From assembly GCA_964416365.1 (NCBI GenBank), contig CAYQDO010000002.1, positions 1 through 57,726 on the forward strand: 57,726 nucleotides of DNA, read 5' to 3'. Positions 44,471 to 52,998 of the stretch are shown piece by piece. A program made the translations under genes and the position numbers. Every line of letters begins with the position of its first letter. The first letter of the stretch is position 1. The notes beneath the pieces were generated by a model. The model was not told the origin of the DNA and did no database searches. It saw only the letters and a program-made list of their open reading frames with translations. This stretch comes from an uncultured Muribaculaceae bacterium (lineage in GTDB: Bacteria > Bacillota_I > Bacilli_A > RF39 > UBA660).

Positions 44471-46236
44471 TAAATTAAATTAGCTTTAATTCTTCTAATA
44501 CCTGCTGAGGATGCTTCTTCTTTAAGGATTTTGAATGTTCCTAGTTCATTAGTATTTCTAACATGTGGTCCACCACATAATTCTTTGGATATTTCACCAA
44601 TTTTATAAACAGTAACAATATTAGGATAACGCTCGATAAACATACATTCTGCTCCAGAATTAATAGCTTCTTCTTTAGGCATTTCGATTACTTCAACATT
44701 TATAGAATCTTTTATCCAATTATTTACGATATCTTCAACTTCTTTTAACTCTTCAGGAGTAACTTTTTGATTATGATTAAAGTCGAATCTTAAGCGTTCT
44801 GCCGTAATATTTGATCCTCTTTGATGAACGTCATTGCCTAAAACCTTTTTTAAAGCCGCATTTAATAAATGGGAAGCTGTATGTAGTTTAGTTTCAGCTT
44901 CAGAATCACCAGCTAAACCACCTTTAAATTTATGTTCCGCTCCTACTCTTGATTTTTCTTGATGTTCTTTAAATTTAGTTGTAAAGCCTTCTGTATCTAC
45001 AGTAAACCCATATTCCCTAGCTAGCTCTACAGTAAGTTCGATTGGAAAGCCATAGGTATCATATAATTTAAAAGCATTTGTAGCATCAATAACTTTATGA
45101 TTAATGTCCAAATTACGAATTAATTTTTCTAGTTCTCTAAGTCCTTTTTCTAAAGTATGATTAAATTTTTCTTTTTCTTTGGTAAGCTCATTTAAAATTA
45201 TCTCTTGGTTTTGAATAAGCTCATTATAATAATTAGCGTATTTATTAATGATAATTTCAGCTATTTCTCTTTCCCAATTCTTACCTGAATCAATATTTAA
45301 TTTACGAGCATGTCTTAGCGCTCTTCTAATTAATCTTCTTAAAATATAACCTTGATCAGTATTAGATGGTTTAATGCCTGATGGATCACCAAGAATAAAG
45401 ACCGCAGATCTTATATGATCAGCGATAATCCTCATTGATACTTCATTTCCTTGGTATGGAAGATTGGCTATTTCTTCAATCTTTTTAATGACATCAATCC
45501 AAACGGAAGATAAATAGTTATCATTAACACCTTCTAAGATGGCACTAACTCTTTCATAACCCATTCCAGTATCGACATTTTTATTTTCCAGTTCACTTAT
45601 TTGACCTTCTGGTGATTTGTAATATTCCATAAAGACATTATTCCAAATTTCTACCCAGCGGTCATCTTCGGAATCAAATTTTTCCGGAACTGGATCATTA
45701 CTTCTCCAGTAGAAGATTTCCGTATCTCCCCCACAAGGACCAGAATCTCCAGCAATCCAGAAGTTATTTTCGACTCCTAAATAAGCAATTCTTTCTTTTT
45801 TAATACCTAGTCTTTGCCAGACACTAGCACTTACCTCATCACGAGGAATTTGATCATTACCAGCAAAAATCGTTACTGCTAATCTTTCGACAGGAATATT
45901 TAAAACCTTAGTTAAAAATTCATAACTATAGTTAATAGATTCTTCTTTAAAATAATCTCCTAATGACCAGTTACCAAGCATTTCAAAAAAAGTATGGTGC
46001 GTCTTATCACCAACCGCATCTAAGTCATTGGTTCTAATACATTTTTGATAACTAACCAGTCTAGTTCCATAAGGATGATTTTTACCCATCAAATAAGGGA
46101 TTAAAGGTTGCATTCCGGCAGTATTAAACAAAACAGACGGATCATTTTCTGGAACGACTGGGGCTGAAGGAATATGTTTATGTCCTTTCTCAATAAAGAA
46201 ATTGATATATAAGTCTCTCAAATTCATGAAGTTCAC
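44470..46236 (-). CDS. alaS: Alanine--tRNA ligase, short form lacking the C-Ala domain
   Basis: Catalytic motifs FNTAGMQP, HHTFFEMLGNWSLGDYFK and GPCGGDTEIFYW. Editing-domain Zn motifs HTASHLL and CGGPHV. The protein ends ...SSAGIRRIKANLI at 588 aa. Confidence 0.85.
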   Translation of the reverse strand: MNFMNLRDLYINFFIEKGHKHIPSAPVVPENDPSVLFNTAGMQPLIPYLMGKNHPYGTRLVSYQKCIRTNDLDAVGDKTHHTFFEMLGNWSLGDYFKEESINYSYEFLTKVLNIPVERLAVTIFAGNDQIPRDEVSASVWQRLGIKKERIAYLGVENNFWIAGDSGPCGGDTEIFYWRSNDPVPEKFDSEDDRWVEIWNNVFMEYYKSPEGQISELENKNVDTGMGYERVSAILEGVNDNYLSSVWIDVIKKIEEIANLPYQGNEVSMRIIADHIRSAVFILGDPSGIKPSNTDQGYILRRLIRRALRHARKLNIDSGKNWEREIAEIIINKYANYYNELIQNQEIILNELTKEKEKFNHTLEKGLRELEKLIRNLDINHKVIDATNAFKLYDTYGFPIELTVELAREYGFTVDTEGFTTKFKEHQEKSRVGAEHKFKGGLAGDSEAETKLHTASHLLNAALKKVLGNDVHQRGSNITAERLRFDFNHNQKVTPEELKEVEDIVNNWIKDSINVEVIEMPKEEAINSGAECMFIERYPNIVTVYKIGEISKELCGGPHVRNTNELGTFKILKEEASSAGIRRIKANLI

Positions 46237-46285
46237 TTCCTTGAACTAGATTATATCATGAAAAGAATTATTTGAAAATAAGGTT

Positions 46286-46714
46286 TTACAAAGTATTTAG
46301 TTTAATAATTTCTTCACAGTACTGACAACTATATTCTTTTGTTTTTCTATTAATTAAATTAAAGTGATTTTTAATATCATTTTCTACGGATGTGACACAT
46401 CTAGGATTTTTACATTTTATTTGATTAATTTCCTTTGGTAAAGATGGATGATATTTTTTTACTATATTTCCTTTATCTATAATATTAATAGTAATATTAT
46501 TATGAATAATACTTAAAATATCCAGATTCATATCGATTTCATTTTCAATCTTAATGATATCTTTCCATCCCATTTTTTGACTAGGCACATTCATTAGTAA
46601 TGCCACTCTGTATTTAACTTTATCTAAGTTTAAGAAGTGAAAAATTTTAATTCCTTCTCCTTGAGGAATATGATCAATTACTAAACCTTTATCAATGCTT
46701 GTTACTTTTAACAT
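46286..46714 (-). CDS. pyrI: Aspartate carbamoyltransferase regulatory chain
   Basis: [16 protein letters not shown] start and a C-terminal Zn domain CKNPRCVT...CQYCE. Confidence 0.9.
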   Translation of the reverse strand: MLKVTSIDKGLVIDHIPQGEGIKIFHFLNLDKVKYRVALLMNVPSQKMGWKDIIKIENEIDMNLDILSIIHNNITINIIDKGNIVKKYHPSLPKEINQIKCKNPRCVTSVENDIKNHFNLINRKTKEYSCQYCEEIIKLNTL

Positions 46715-47640
46715 TATTCCACCTCTATTCCTAAAAATCTTATCATTAATGCCATTCTAACATACATACCAAATTTAGCTTGTTTAAAATAAGCGGCTCT
46801 TGAATCTTCATCTACCTCAGCACTTATTTCATTTACTCTGGGTAGTGGATGTAATATTGTCAAATCTTCTTTAGCGTTTTTTAGTTTTTCTAAATCTAAA
46901 ATAAACATATCTTTTAATCGAATATAATCACTTTCATTAAAGAATCTTTCTTTTTGGACTCTAGTCATATAAAGAATATCTAATTTAGGCATTACCTCTT
47001 CTAAATTGGTACTTTCATAATACTTAAGTTTATTTTTTTCTAAAACTTCTTTTTTAATATAATCGGGAACTTGTAATTCGTCTGGAGATATAAAGATAAA
47101 GGTAATATTTTTATATCTTGCCATTGCCTTTATTAAAGAATGCACAGTGCGCCCAAATTTTAAATCACCACATAAACCAACAACTAAATTATCTAATCTA
47201 CCTTTTAAATTATATATCGTTAATAAATCTGTTAAAGTTTGAGTGGGATGATAATGGCCTCCGTCTCCAGCATTAATAAATGGCACTGAAGATGCATTAG
47301 CTGCTACATAAGCAGAACCTTCCTTTGGATGACGCATAGCAATAATATCAGCATAACAACATATAGTACGAATGGTATCTGCTATGCTTTCACCTTTAGC
47401 TACTGAACTGGAATTGGGTTCAGAAAAACCAATGATTTTTCCTCCTAAACGGAGCATAGCGGCTTCAAAACTAAATCTGGTTCGCGTGCTGGGCTCATAG
47501 AATAAAGTTGCTAATAACTTATTTTCACAGCACTTAGAGTATTTTTCTTCATCTTGAATAATTTGATTAGCTAACTGAATTAAATCTGTGATTTCATCAA
47601 CTGTTAGATCACTTGGATCAATTAATCTTTTTCCTTTCAA
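46714..47640 (-). CDS. pyrB: Aspartate carbamoyltransferase catalytic chain
   Basis: [17 protein letters not shown] and HPLPR motifs. TTG start 7 nt after AGGAGG. 1-nt overlap with pyrI. Confidence 0.93.
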   Translation of the reverse strand: MKGKRLIDPSDLTVDEITDLIQLANQIIQDEEKYSKCCENKLLATLFYEPSTRTRFSFEAAMLRLGGKIIGFSEPNSSSVAKGESIADTIRTICCYADIIAMRHPKEGSAYVAANASSVPFINAGDGGHYHPTQTLTDLLTIYNLKGRLDNLVVGLCGDLKFGRTVHSLIKAMARYKNITFIFISPDELQVPDYIKKEVLEKNKLKYYESTNLEEVMPKLDILYMTRVQKERFFNESDYIRLKDMFILDLEKLKNAKEDLTILHPLPRVNEISAEVDEDSRAAYFKQAKFGMYVRMALMIRFLGIEVE

Positions 47641-47661
47641 ATAAATACCTCCTATTTATCC

Positions 47662-47696
47662 AAAAAAAATATGAAATAGAAAATTTCATATTTTTT
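47662..47696 (-). terminator. Leader terminator (attenuator) upstream of pyrB
   Basis: On the minus strand: AAATATGAAAT-tttct-ATTTCATATTT followed by T-run-GG, then the pyrB SD. There is no room for a promoter between the hairpin and pyrB. Confidence 0.6.
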
Positions 47697-47757
47697 AAGA
47701 CAATAATAATTCAGGAAAAACAATAACTGGAATTTTAATCTTTAGGATTTTTTTCAT
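47695..47757 (-). CDS. 20-aa pyrBI leader peptide (candidate)
   Basis: Sequence MKKILKIKIPVIVFPELLLS. An AGGAGA SD lies 6 nt upstream. The stop codon abuts the 5' arm of the terminator hairpin. Confidence 0.45.
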   Translation of the reverse strand: MKKILKIKIPVIVFPELLLS

Positions 47758-47781
47758 ATCATTTCTCCTAACTCTTGTTCC

Positions 47782-47810
47782 ATTATAAAATAAAAAATGA
47801 TTTATGACAA
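47782..47810 (-). promoter_or_regulatory. Sigma-A promoter of the pyrBI leader
   Basis: On the minus strand: TTGTCA (47805-47810), 17-nt spacer, TATAAT (47782-47787). Confidence 0.65.
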
Positions 47811-47814
47811 GATA

Positions 47815-48297
47815 TTAATTTATAAAAATATATTTCTCATTATCAAGTTTTTTGATTAGAGTTAGATATTTTTGGCATAATTTAAATCCATCTTTCGTTA
47901 TGGACATGGCCACAATTTTTTTATTATTTATATCATCATATAATAATTTAACTAACTTTTGACCATAACCTTTATTACGATAACTATCTTTAATTAAAAT
48001 TGAAGGAATATAATAATAATCAGATTTTTTTAAAAAATGCTTGGAATCAATTTCATAATCATTACTAATTTGGCCATTAATAAACTGATTATATAATTCT
48101 TTAGTTATTGGACATGCACAAACGTAGCCAACAATTAGATTATTATCCACTAATAAGTAAATATCACTATCATCACTATATCTATCATACCAAGAAATAT
48201 CAACCGTTTCATAAGAGTTAAAAGTATCATCAAGTTCTTTTATCTTTTTTTTAATGTCTTTATCAAATTTTGCTTTAATTATTTTCATATAATCCAC
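47815..48297 (-). CDS. GNAT-family N-acetyltransferase
   Basis: 160 aa with the acetyl-CoA motif YRNKGYGQKLVKLL. Confidence 0.7.
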   Translation of the reverse strand: MDYMKIIKAKFDKDIKKKIKELDDTFNSYETVDISWYDRYSDDSDIYLLVDNNLIVGYVCACPITKELYNQFINGQISNDYEIDSKHFLKKSDYYYIPSILIKDSYRNKGYGQKLVKLLYDDINNKKIVAMSITKDGFKLCQKYLTLIKKLDNEKYIFIN

Positions 48298-48331
48298 CTA
48301 TTTCATTTTATCATAAAAAAGTCCAATAATA

Positions 48332-49054
48332 TTATTGGATGTTTTCTAAAAATTTCTTACTTTTTAAATATAAGCCAGTATATCTATCATAATAAGAATT
48401 AACAAATTTATTGATATTATTAATAACTTTATCACTTATTTTTAAATCACTAATAGAAGATATCTCTACTAAATAATACATTCTAAGCATCTTTAAAGTT
48501 TTTTCATCATAAATTATTTCATTAGTATAACACTTTTGACAGATATAGCCTCCAGCATCAGGATCAATTGTGACTATTTCCTTACAAGAACCACATTTAC
48601 AGCAAGCATTAAAACTAATACCAACACCTAAATAATCAAGGGCTTTTATTTCAAAAATATTACATATTATTAAAGGGTTTAAACCTTCTTCTATTTTTAA
48701 AACACTATCAATATAGTTTTTATATAAAATTTCATCATTATTTTGTTTCATTATTTGATGAGTTAAATCTGATATGTAGCTCAAATAACTAATTAAAATT
48801 AAATTCTTTTTAGTATTACTTAATTCATTAATGACATCGATACTTTTAATTATAGATAACTTGTCTTCTTTATAATAAAGCCAAAAATTACCAAAGGTAA
48901 ATCTTTGGGTATAGCTGCGTAATGGACTTTTTAATCCTTTAGCTCCTTTAGCTATTGTCCCAACAATTCCTTCTTTAGTAATTATATAAACTATTTTACT
49001 AGTTTCCCCATAGTTAGTTTCATTAACTATGATACCTTCTACTGCTTTTAACAT
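48332..49054 (-). CDS. recO: DNA repair protein RecO
   Basis: 240 aa with an N-terminal OB region and a Zn finger C..C...C..C (CCKCGS...CQKC). Sits in the era-yqzL-recO block. Confidence 0.88.
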   Translation of the reverse strand: MLKAVEGIIVNETNYGETSKIVYIITKEGIVGTIAKGAKGLKSPLRSYTQRFTFGNFWLYYKEDKLSIIKSIDVINELSNTKKNLILISYLSYISDLTHQIMKQNNDEILYKNYIDSVLKIEEGLNPLIICNIFEIKALDYLGVGISFNACCKCGSCKEIVTIDPDAGGYICQKCYTNEIIYDEKTLKMLRMYYLVEISSISDLKISDKVINNINKFVNSYYDRYTGLYLKSKKFLENIQ

Positions 49055-49056
49055 TA

Positions 49057-49137
49057 TTATTCACTTCTCTTATAAATTAAGTAATATTCAATCTTACCAG
49101 TTTTTTTAAATAAATTCCAGGCTTCATCTCTAGTCAT
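49057..49137 (-). CDS. yqzL: YqzL-family micro-protein (26 aa), absent from the supplied ORF track
   Basis: MTRDEAWNLFKKTGKIEYYLIYKRSE has the W..F..TG.I..YL.YK pattern. It sits exactly between era and recO as in Bacillus. A double TAA stop lies 2 nt before the recO ATG. Confidence 0.65.
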   Translation of the reverse strand: MTRDEAWNLFKKTGKIEYYLIYKRSE

Positions 49138-49176
49138 AGTATTCCCATTACCTTTCTAAAAATATAATGGGAAAAG

Positions 49177-50547
49177 TTATAAAGTTTTATTCACGTTATG
49201 ATTTTCAAAAACAAAATAACCTTTAATATATTCATCCAAGGCGGCATAGTATACATTTAAATATAATGGCAAACCTTGTTTTCTAAGTTCTTCAATAATT
49301 TCTATTTTAGTTTGTTCATCAACTTCTTGATTATTAATACTATGATGAAATTTTAATAATTCATCTTCCAAAAGAAGGGGATTATTTGTCCCATTTGCGA
49401 TTAAAAACTTTTCAACATTTTCATACTCTCTTCTAATTAAATGTTTTTTAAGTAAGGCTTTACGAGCTTTACTTAAAAAAACATCAGGTTTTATATTTAT
49501 ATAACGATAATAATCTAATATATTAAATGTTGCTGTTTGACCGTTTTTAACTATGCCATTTTCAAAATATTCATTCATAAGTTGAATATAGTTAGTTATA
49601 TCCTGAATTTCTGTTTCCAGTTTTTTAGTATATGTATTATATAGTAATTGTTCTTTAGGAGTTCCAGACGAAAATAATGCCAAATATTTATCGAAATTTT
49701 CTTTGGTAATCTCATATTGACCTAATAAAGAATCTAACATTTTAGACGAATCAATAATGTAGGTCTCAATAATTTCCTGAACCTTTGGTTTATAAATAAC
49801 AATCTTAGCATTATTATATTTTAGTTTGGAATTTTTTCTTTTTTGAGTTTCAATATATTCTTCATATTTATCAAAATAATTTTTAAGTTGATTTAGTTTA
49901 TTTATTTGTCCAGCCTTTTCAGGATATTTCTTTATATATAGATTGATTCTTTCTAAAATATTTTCACGTGAATGTCTACCATCTATTACGGCTTTTAAAT
50001 AATCCCCAACATTTTTAGATGACATTTCTAATAGTCTCACAACAGGCACAAAATATGTCTGATTATTATCTTTATCACTTTCATTGCGTTGCTGACAAAC
50101 TGCTTTATAAGTTGCCAATTCTTCAGCAGTAGGCTTTGGATCTACTGTTCTTTGAGCATACTTATGAGCATTTGTTATTATTATTTTGGCACTAGATACA
50201 TTCAGTTCGACAGCTAAATCAGTTAATTCAGATGAATTGTCACCTGATTCCAAAAAGGCCAAAAAAGACTTACGACAGTTTTCTATCGCTTCAGGATTTT
50301 TCATATTAATGTAAGCATTTTGTTGTTTTTGATAAAAGTACTTTTGATAATCGATTATTTGATCATCAGTTGGCTTAGGATCATAGGTTCTTTTCATATA
50401 ATTACGCATATCACTTTTTAAAGTTATTATGGAAATTTGATATTTATCTGCAACTGATTGTAATTTGTCTTCTCCTTCATTTAATAAAGTTTCAAAAGCG
50501 TCTTTTCCTCTTTCAATTTTACTCTTTATACCTGCCACTGCCATCAC
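49177..50547 (-). CDS. Orphan 456-aa helical protein with two tandem HTH-like N-terminal repeats
   Basis: Repeats are ...LQSVADKYQISIITLKSDMRNYMKRTYDPKPTDDQIIDY and ...LTDLAVELNVSSAKIIITNAHKYAQRTVDPKPTAEELATY. The gene starts immediately after the era stop. Confidence 0.6.
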   Translation of the reverse strand: MMAVAGIKSKIERGKDAFETLLNEGEDKLQSVADKYQISIITLKSDMRNYMKRTYDPKPTDDQIIDYQKYFYQKQQNAYINMKNPEAIENCRKSFLAFLESGDNSSELTDLAVELNVSSAKIIITNAHKYAQRTVDPKPTAEELATYKAVCQQRNESDKDNNQTYFVPVVRLLEMSSKNVGDYLKAVIDGRHSRENILERINLYIKKYPEKAGQINKLNQLKNYFDKYEEYIETQKRKNSKLKYNNAKIVIYKPKVQEIIETYIIDSSKMLDSLLGQYEITKENFDKYLALFSSGTPKEQLLYNTYTKKLETEIQDITNYIQLMNEYFENGIVKNGQTATFNILDYYRYINIKPDVFLSKARKALLKKHLIRREYENVEKFLIANGTNNPLLLEDELLKFHHSINNQEVDEQTKIEIIEELRKQGLPLYLNVYYAALDEYIKGYFVFENHNVNKTL

Positions 50548-51432
50548 CTACTCTTCTTCTTTAAATCCTAATTCTTGTAAATACTTTTCTTTATCTCGCC
50601 AGCTTTTAATAGTTTTGACAAACAATTCTAAATATACTTGTTTACCTAATAAGTTTTCAATATCTCGTCTAGCTAAAGCTCCAATATTTTTAAGCATGGT
50701 TCCTTGCTTGCCAATAATTATTTTCTTTAAGGAATCGCGATCAATAATAATATCAACATAGATATCAATGATATGTCCTTTATCTTTATAATAAGTCGTT
50801 GCACAAGTTACAGAATGAGGAACTTCCTCAGTAGTTAGATTTAATATTTTTTCTCTAACTAGCTCACTAATCATAAAGTAAATGCTAGTATTAGTAATAG
50901 TACCATCATCATAATAAATAATATCATCAGTTAAATATTTTTTAATAACTTTAAGCAAGCGATCAACATTGTCGTTTTTCTTAGCACTAATTGGAACAAT
51001 CTCTGCAAAGTTATATAAGTCTTTTGACTCACCTATAGCTTTAATTATTTCCTCATCAGTTAGTTTATCAATTTTATTTAATATTAGTATGACCGGAAGT
51101 TCAGTATTTTTAAAGGAATCAATAATAAATTTATCCCCTTTACCGATGCCTTGGGCCGCATCAACTACAAACAAAATGACATCTATATCATGAATGGCAT
51201 TATAACTTTGCCGATTTAAATATTTACCCAATTTATCTTTCGGCTTATGAATTCCTGGGGTATCTATGAAAACAATTTGCGTATCCTCATCATTATATAC
51301 TCCTTGAATAGTATTTCTGGTTGTTCCTGCTACATTACTAACAATAGCTATATGATTATTTAAAATTGTATTTAACAAAGTACTTTTTCCTGTATTAGGA
51401 CGTCCTATGATACTGACAAATCCACTTTTCAT
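50548..51432 (-). CDS. era: GTPase Era
   Basis: G1 GRPNTGKST, G3 DTPG, G4 NKID, and a C-terminal KH domain. Confidence 0.95.
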   Translation of the reverse strand: MKSGFVSIIGRPNTGKSTLLNTILNNHIAIVSNVAGTTRNTIQGVYNDEDTQIVFIDTPGIHKPKDKLGKYLNRQSYNAIHDIDVILFVVDAAQGIGKGDKFIIDSFKNTELPVILILNKIDKLTDEEIIKAIGESKDLYNFAEIVPISAKKNDNVDRLLKVIKKYLTDDIIYYDDGTITNTSIYFMISELVREKILNLTTEEVPHSVTCATTYYKDKGHIIDIYVDIIIDRDSLKKIIIGKQGTMLKNIGALARRDIENLLGKQVYLELFVKTIKSWRDKEKYLQELGFKEEE

Positions 51433-51446
51433 AAAACACCTTCTTT

Positions 51447-51815
51447 CTAGTATATATTAAATATTAAATGACCAACTTTCATGATTTTCGTATTACGATT
51501 AATATCATATAAGAAGACCTCTGAACTTGGTTCAAAATGCTCTATAATCATGTCTTTATTAATATGACGTAAATCATTAATGTTTGAAGTACTGACCATA
51601 ATATGGATTTCAGAAAAATCGCCATATTTATATCCAGCCGTAATTGCCCTAGCAATAGCAGTCTGTTCAGCATAGACGGCATCGCGGAAAATGGAATTTT
51701 TAACTGTTACCCCACTAAAAGTATTACCATCTTTCATTACAACAACGGAGCTAAAACATACTTTATCATATGGGGAATTGGAATTGCTTAATAATCTCTC
51801 TAATTCATTAATCAT
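51447..51815 (-). CDS. Cytidine-deaminase-fold paralogue lacking all zinc ligands (probable pseudo-enzyme)
   Basis: It aligns with the upstream Cdd (SPY...VKNSIF...AEQTAIARAITAGYKYGDFSEIHIM). However, CAE is YAE, and PCxxC is replaced by LRHINKD. 8-nt overlap with cdd. Confidence 0.7.
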   Translation of the reverse strand: MINELERLLSNSNSPYDKVCFSSVVVMKDGNTFSGVTVKNSIFRDAVYAEQTAIARAITAGYKYGDFSEIHIMVSTSNINDLRHINKDMIIEHFEPSSEVFLYDINRNTKIMKVGHLIFNIY

Positions 51816-52200
51816 TTTTTACTTCCTCCAATAAATATGCATGAGGGCATAATTCGCTTACTAAAAATTCTTCTTTCTTTCCAGTTATATTATAGCAAAA
51901 AACTTTACTATCCGGTTTAAAAAACTCTACTAATAGTTGCCTACACAAAAAACATGGATAACTGATATTTTTCGAAGAACCCATAACATGGATTTCGGTA
52001 AAATCGCCAGTTTTATAACCTTCAGCAATCGCTGCTGCAATAGCTACTTGTTCAGCACACAGTCCATTTTTAAATGAAGCATTTTCAACATTGACTCCTA
52101 AAAATTCTTGTCCATCATGCATTTTTACAATACACGCTACATTAAAATTTGAATATGGAGCATAAGAATTTTTAATGATCATTTTTAAATTTTCTTTCAT
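51808..52200 (-). CDS. cdd: Cytidine deaminase (homotetrameric type)
   Basis: YAPYSNF, NVENASF, CAEQVAI and PCFLCRQLLVEF, so all Zn ligands and the catalytic Glu are present. Confidence 0.9.
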   Translation of the reverse strand: MKENLKMIIKNSYAPYSNFNVACIVKMHDGQEFLGVNVENASFKNGLCAEQVAIAAAIAEGYKTGDFTEIHVMGSSKNISYPCFLCRQLLVEFFKPDSKVFCYNITGKKEEFLVSELCPHAYLLEEVKND

Positions 52201-52202
52201 AA

Positions 52203-52583
52203 CTATCCCCTTATTATTTCTATTATTTTTGGTATAAATATAATTCCCCCGATAACAGCTGATGTAAAACTTAAAACCATTACGTAAGCTGCTGCTGTAT
52301 CTTTAGCTAGCTTAGCTTTTATTTTATATTCTTGAGTTGCTAGATCTACTAAATGTTCAATTGCCGTATTTAAAAGTTCAGCTCCAATAACAAGTCCTAT
52401 AGCAAAAACTAAAAAAATCCATTCAATAGTCGAAAGTTTAAAAACAAAACCAGCTATTATAACTAAAACACCAATAATAGAATGAACTTTCATATTTTGT
52501 TCACTTTGAAAAGAACTTTTATAACCAGCAAAAGCATATTTAAATGATTTATCTACTCTTTTGATACTAAATTTCTTTTTCAT
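52203..52583 (-). CDS. dgkA: Diacylglycerol/undecaprenol kinase DgkA family
   Basis: 126 aa, 3 TM segments, GAELLNTAIEHLVD motif. Confidence 0.88.
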   Translation of the reverse strand: MKKKFSIKRVDKSFKYAFAGYKSSFQSEQNMKVHSIIGVLVIIAGFVFKLSTIEWIFLVFAIGLVIGAELLNTAIEHLVDLATQEYKIKAKLAKDTAAAYVMVLSFTSAVIGGIIFIPKIIEIIRG

Positions 52584-52998
52584 TTAAAATCTCCTTCTGT
52601 AAATTAAACATAACGTCTTCTTTTTCTTTGTTATCATGATCATATCCTAGTAGATGTAAAAGTCCATGGAGAGCTAAAAAAGCTAGTTCTCTTCTTTCCC
52701 CAGTTCCATAATCATTAGCTTGTCTTTGCATTTGGGGGATTGAGATAAATATATCTCCTAGTACATTGATTGGACTAACTAGAGCTTTACCATCATTTAA
52801 AGCAAAACTTAAAACATCGGTTGTTTTATCAATATTACGATATGCTTTATTAAGACTAAGAACTTCTTCATCATCAGTCAGAATAATAGAAAAACACGCG
52901 TTACTCACCTTTAATTTACTTAATGTATAGTTCAATAAATCATTTAAATATTCAGTATTAGAATATCTATATTTATTTATTATTTCTATTTCATTCAT
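52567..52998 (-). CDS. ybeY: rRNA maturation endoribonuclease YbeY
   Basis: HGLLHLLGYDH zinc motif, 143 aa. Confidence 0.93.
   Translation of the reverse strand: MNEIEIINKYRYSNTEYLNDLLNYTLSKLKVSNACFSIILTDDEEVLSLNKAYRNIDKTTDVLSFALNDGKALVSPINVLGDIFISIPQMQRQANDYGTGERRELAFLALHGLLHLLGYDHDNKEKEDVMFNLQKEILNEKEI

Noticed and set aside
47641-47810. PyrR-binding anti-antiterminator upstream of pyrB
   Set aside because: Only a fortuitous UUCCAG is present. The conserved PyrR loop (UCCAGAGAGG) and the three-hairpin architecture are absent.
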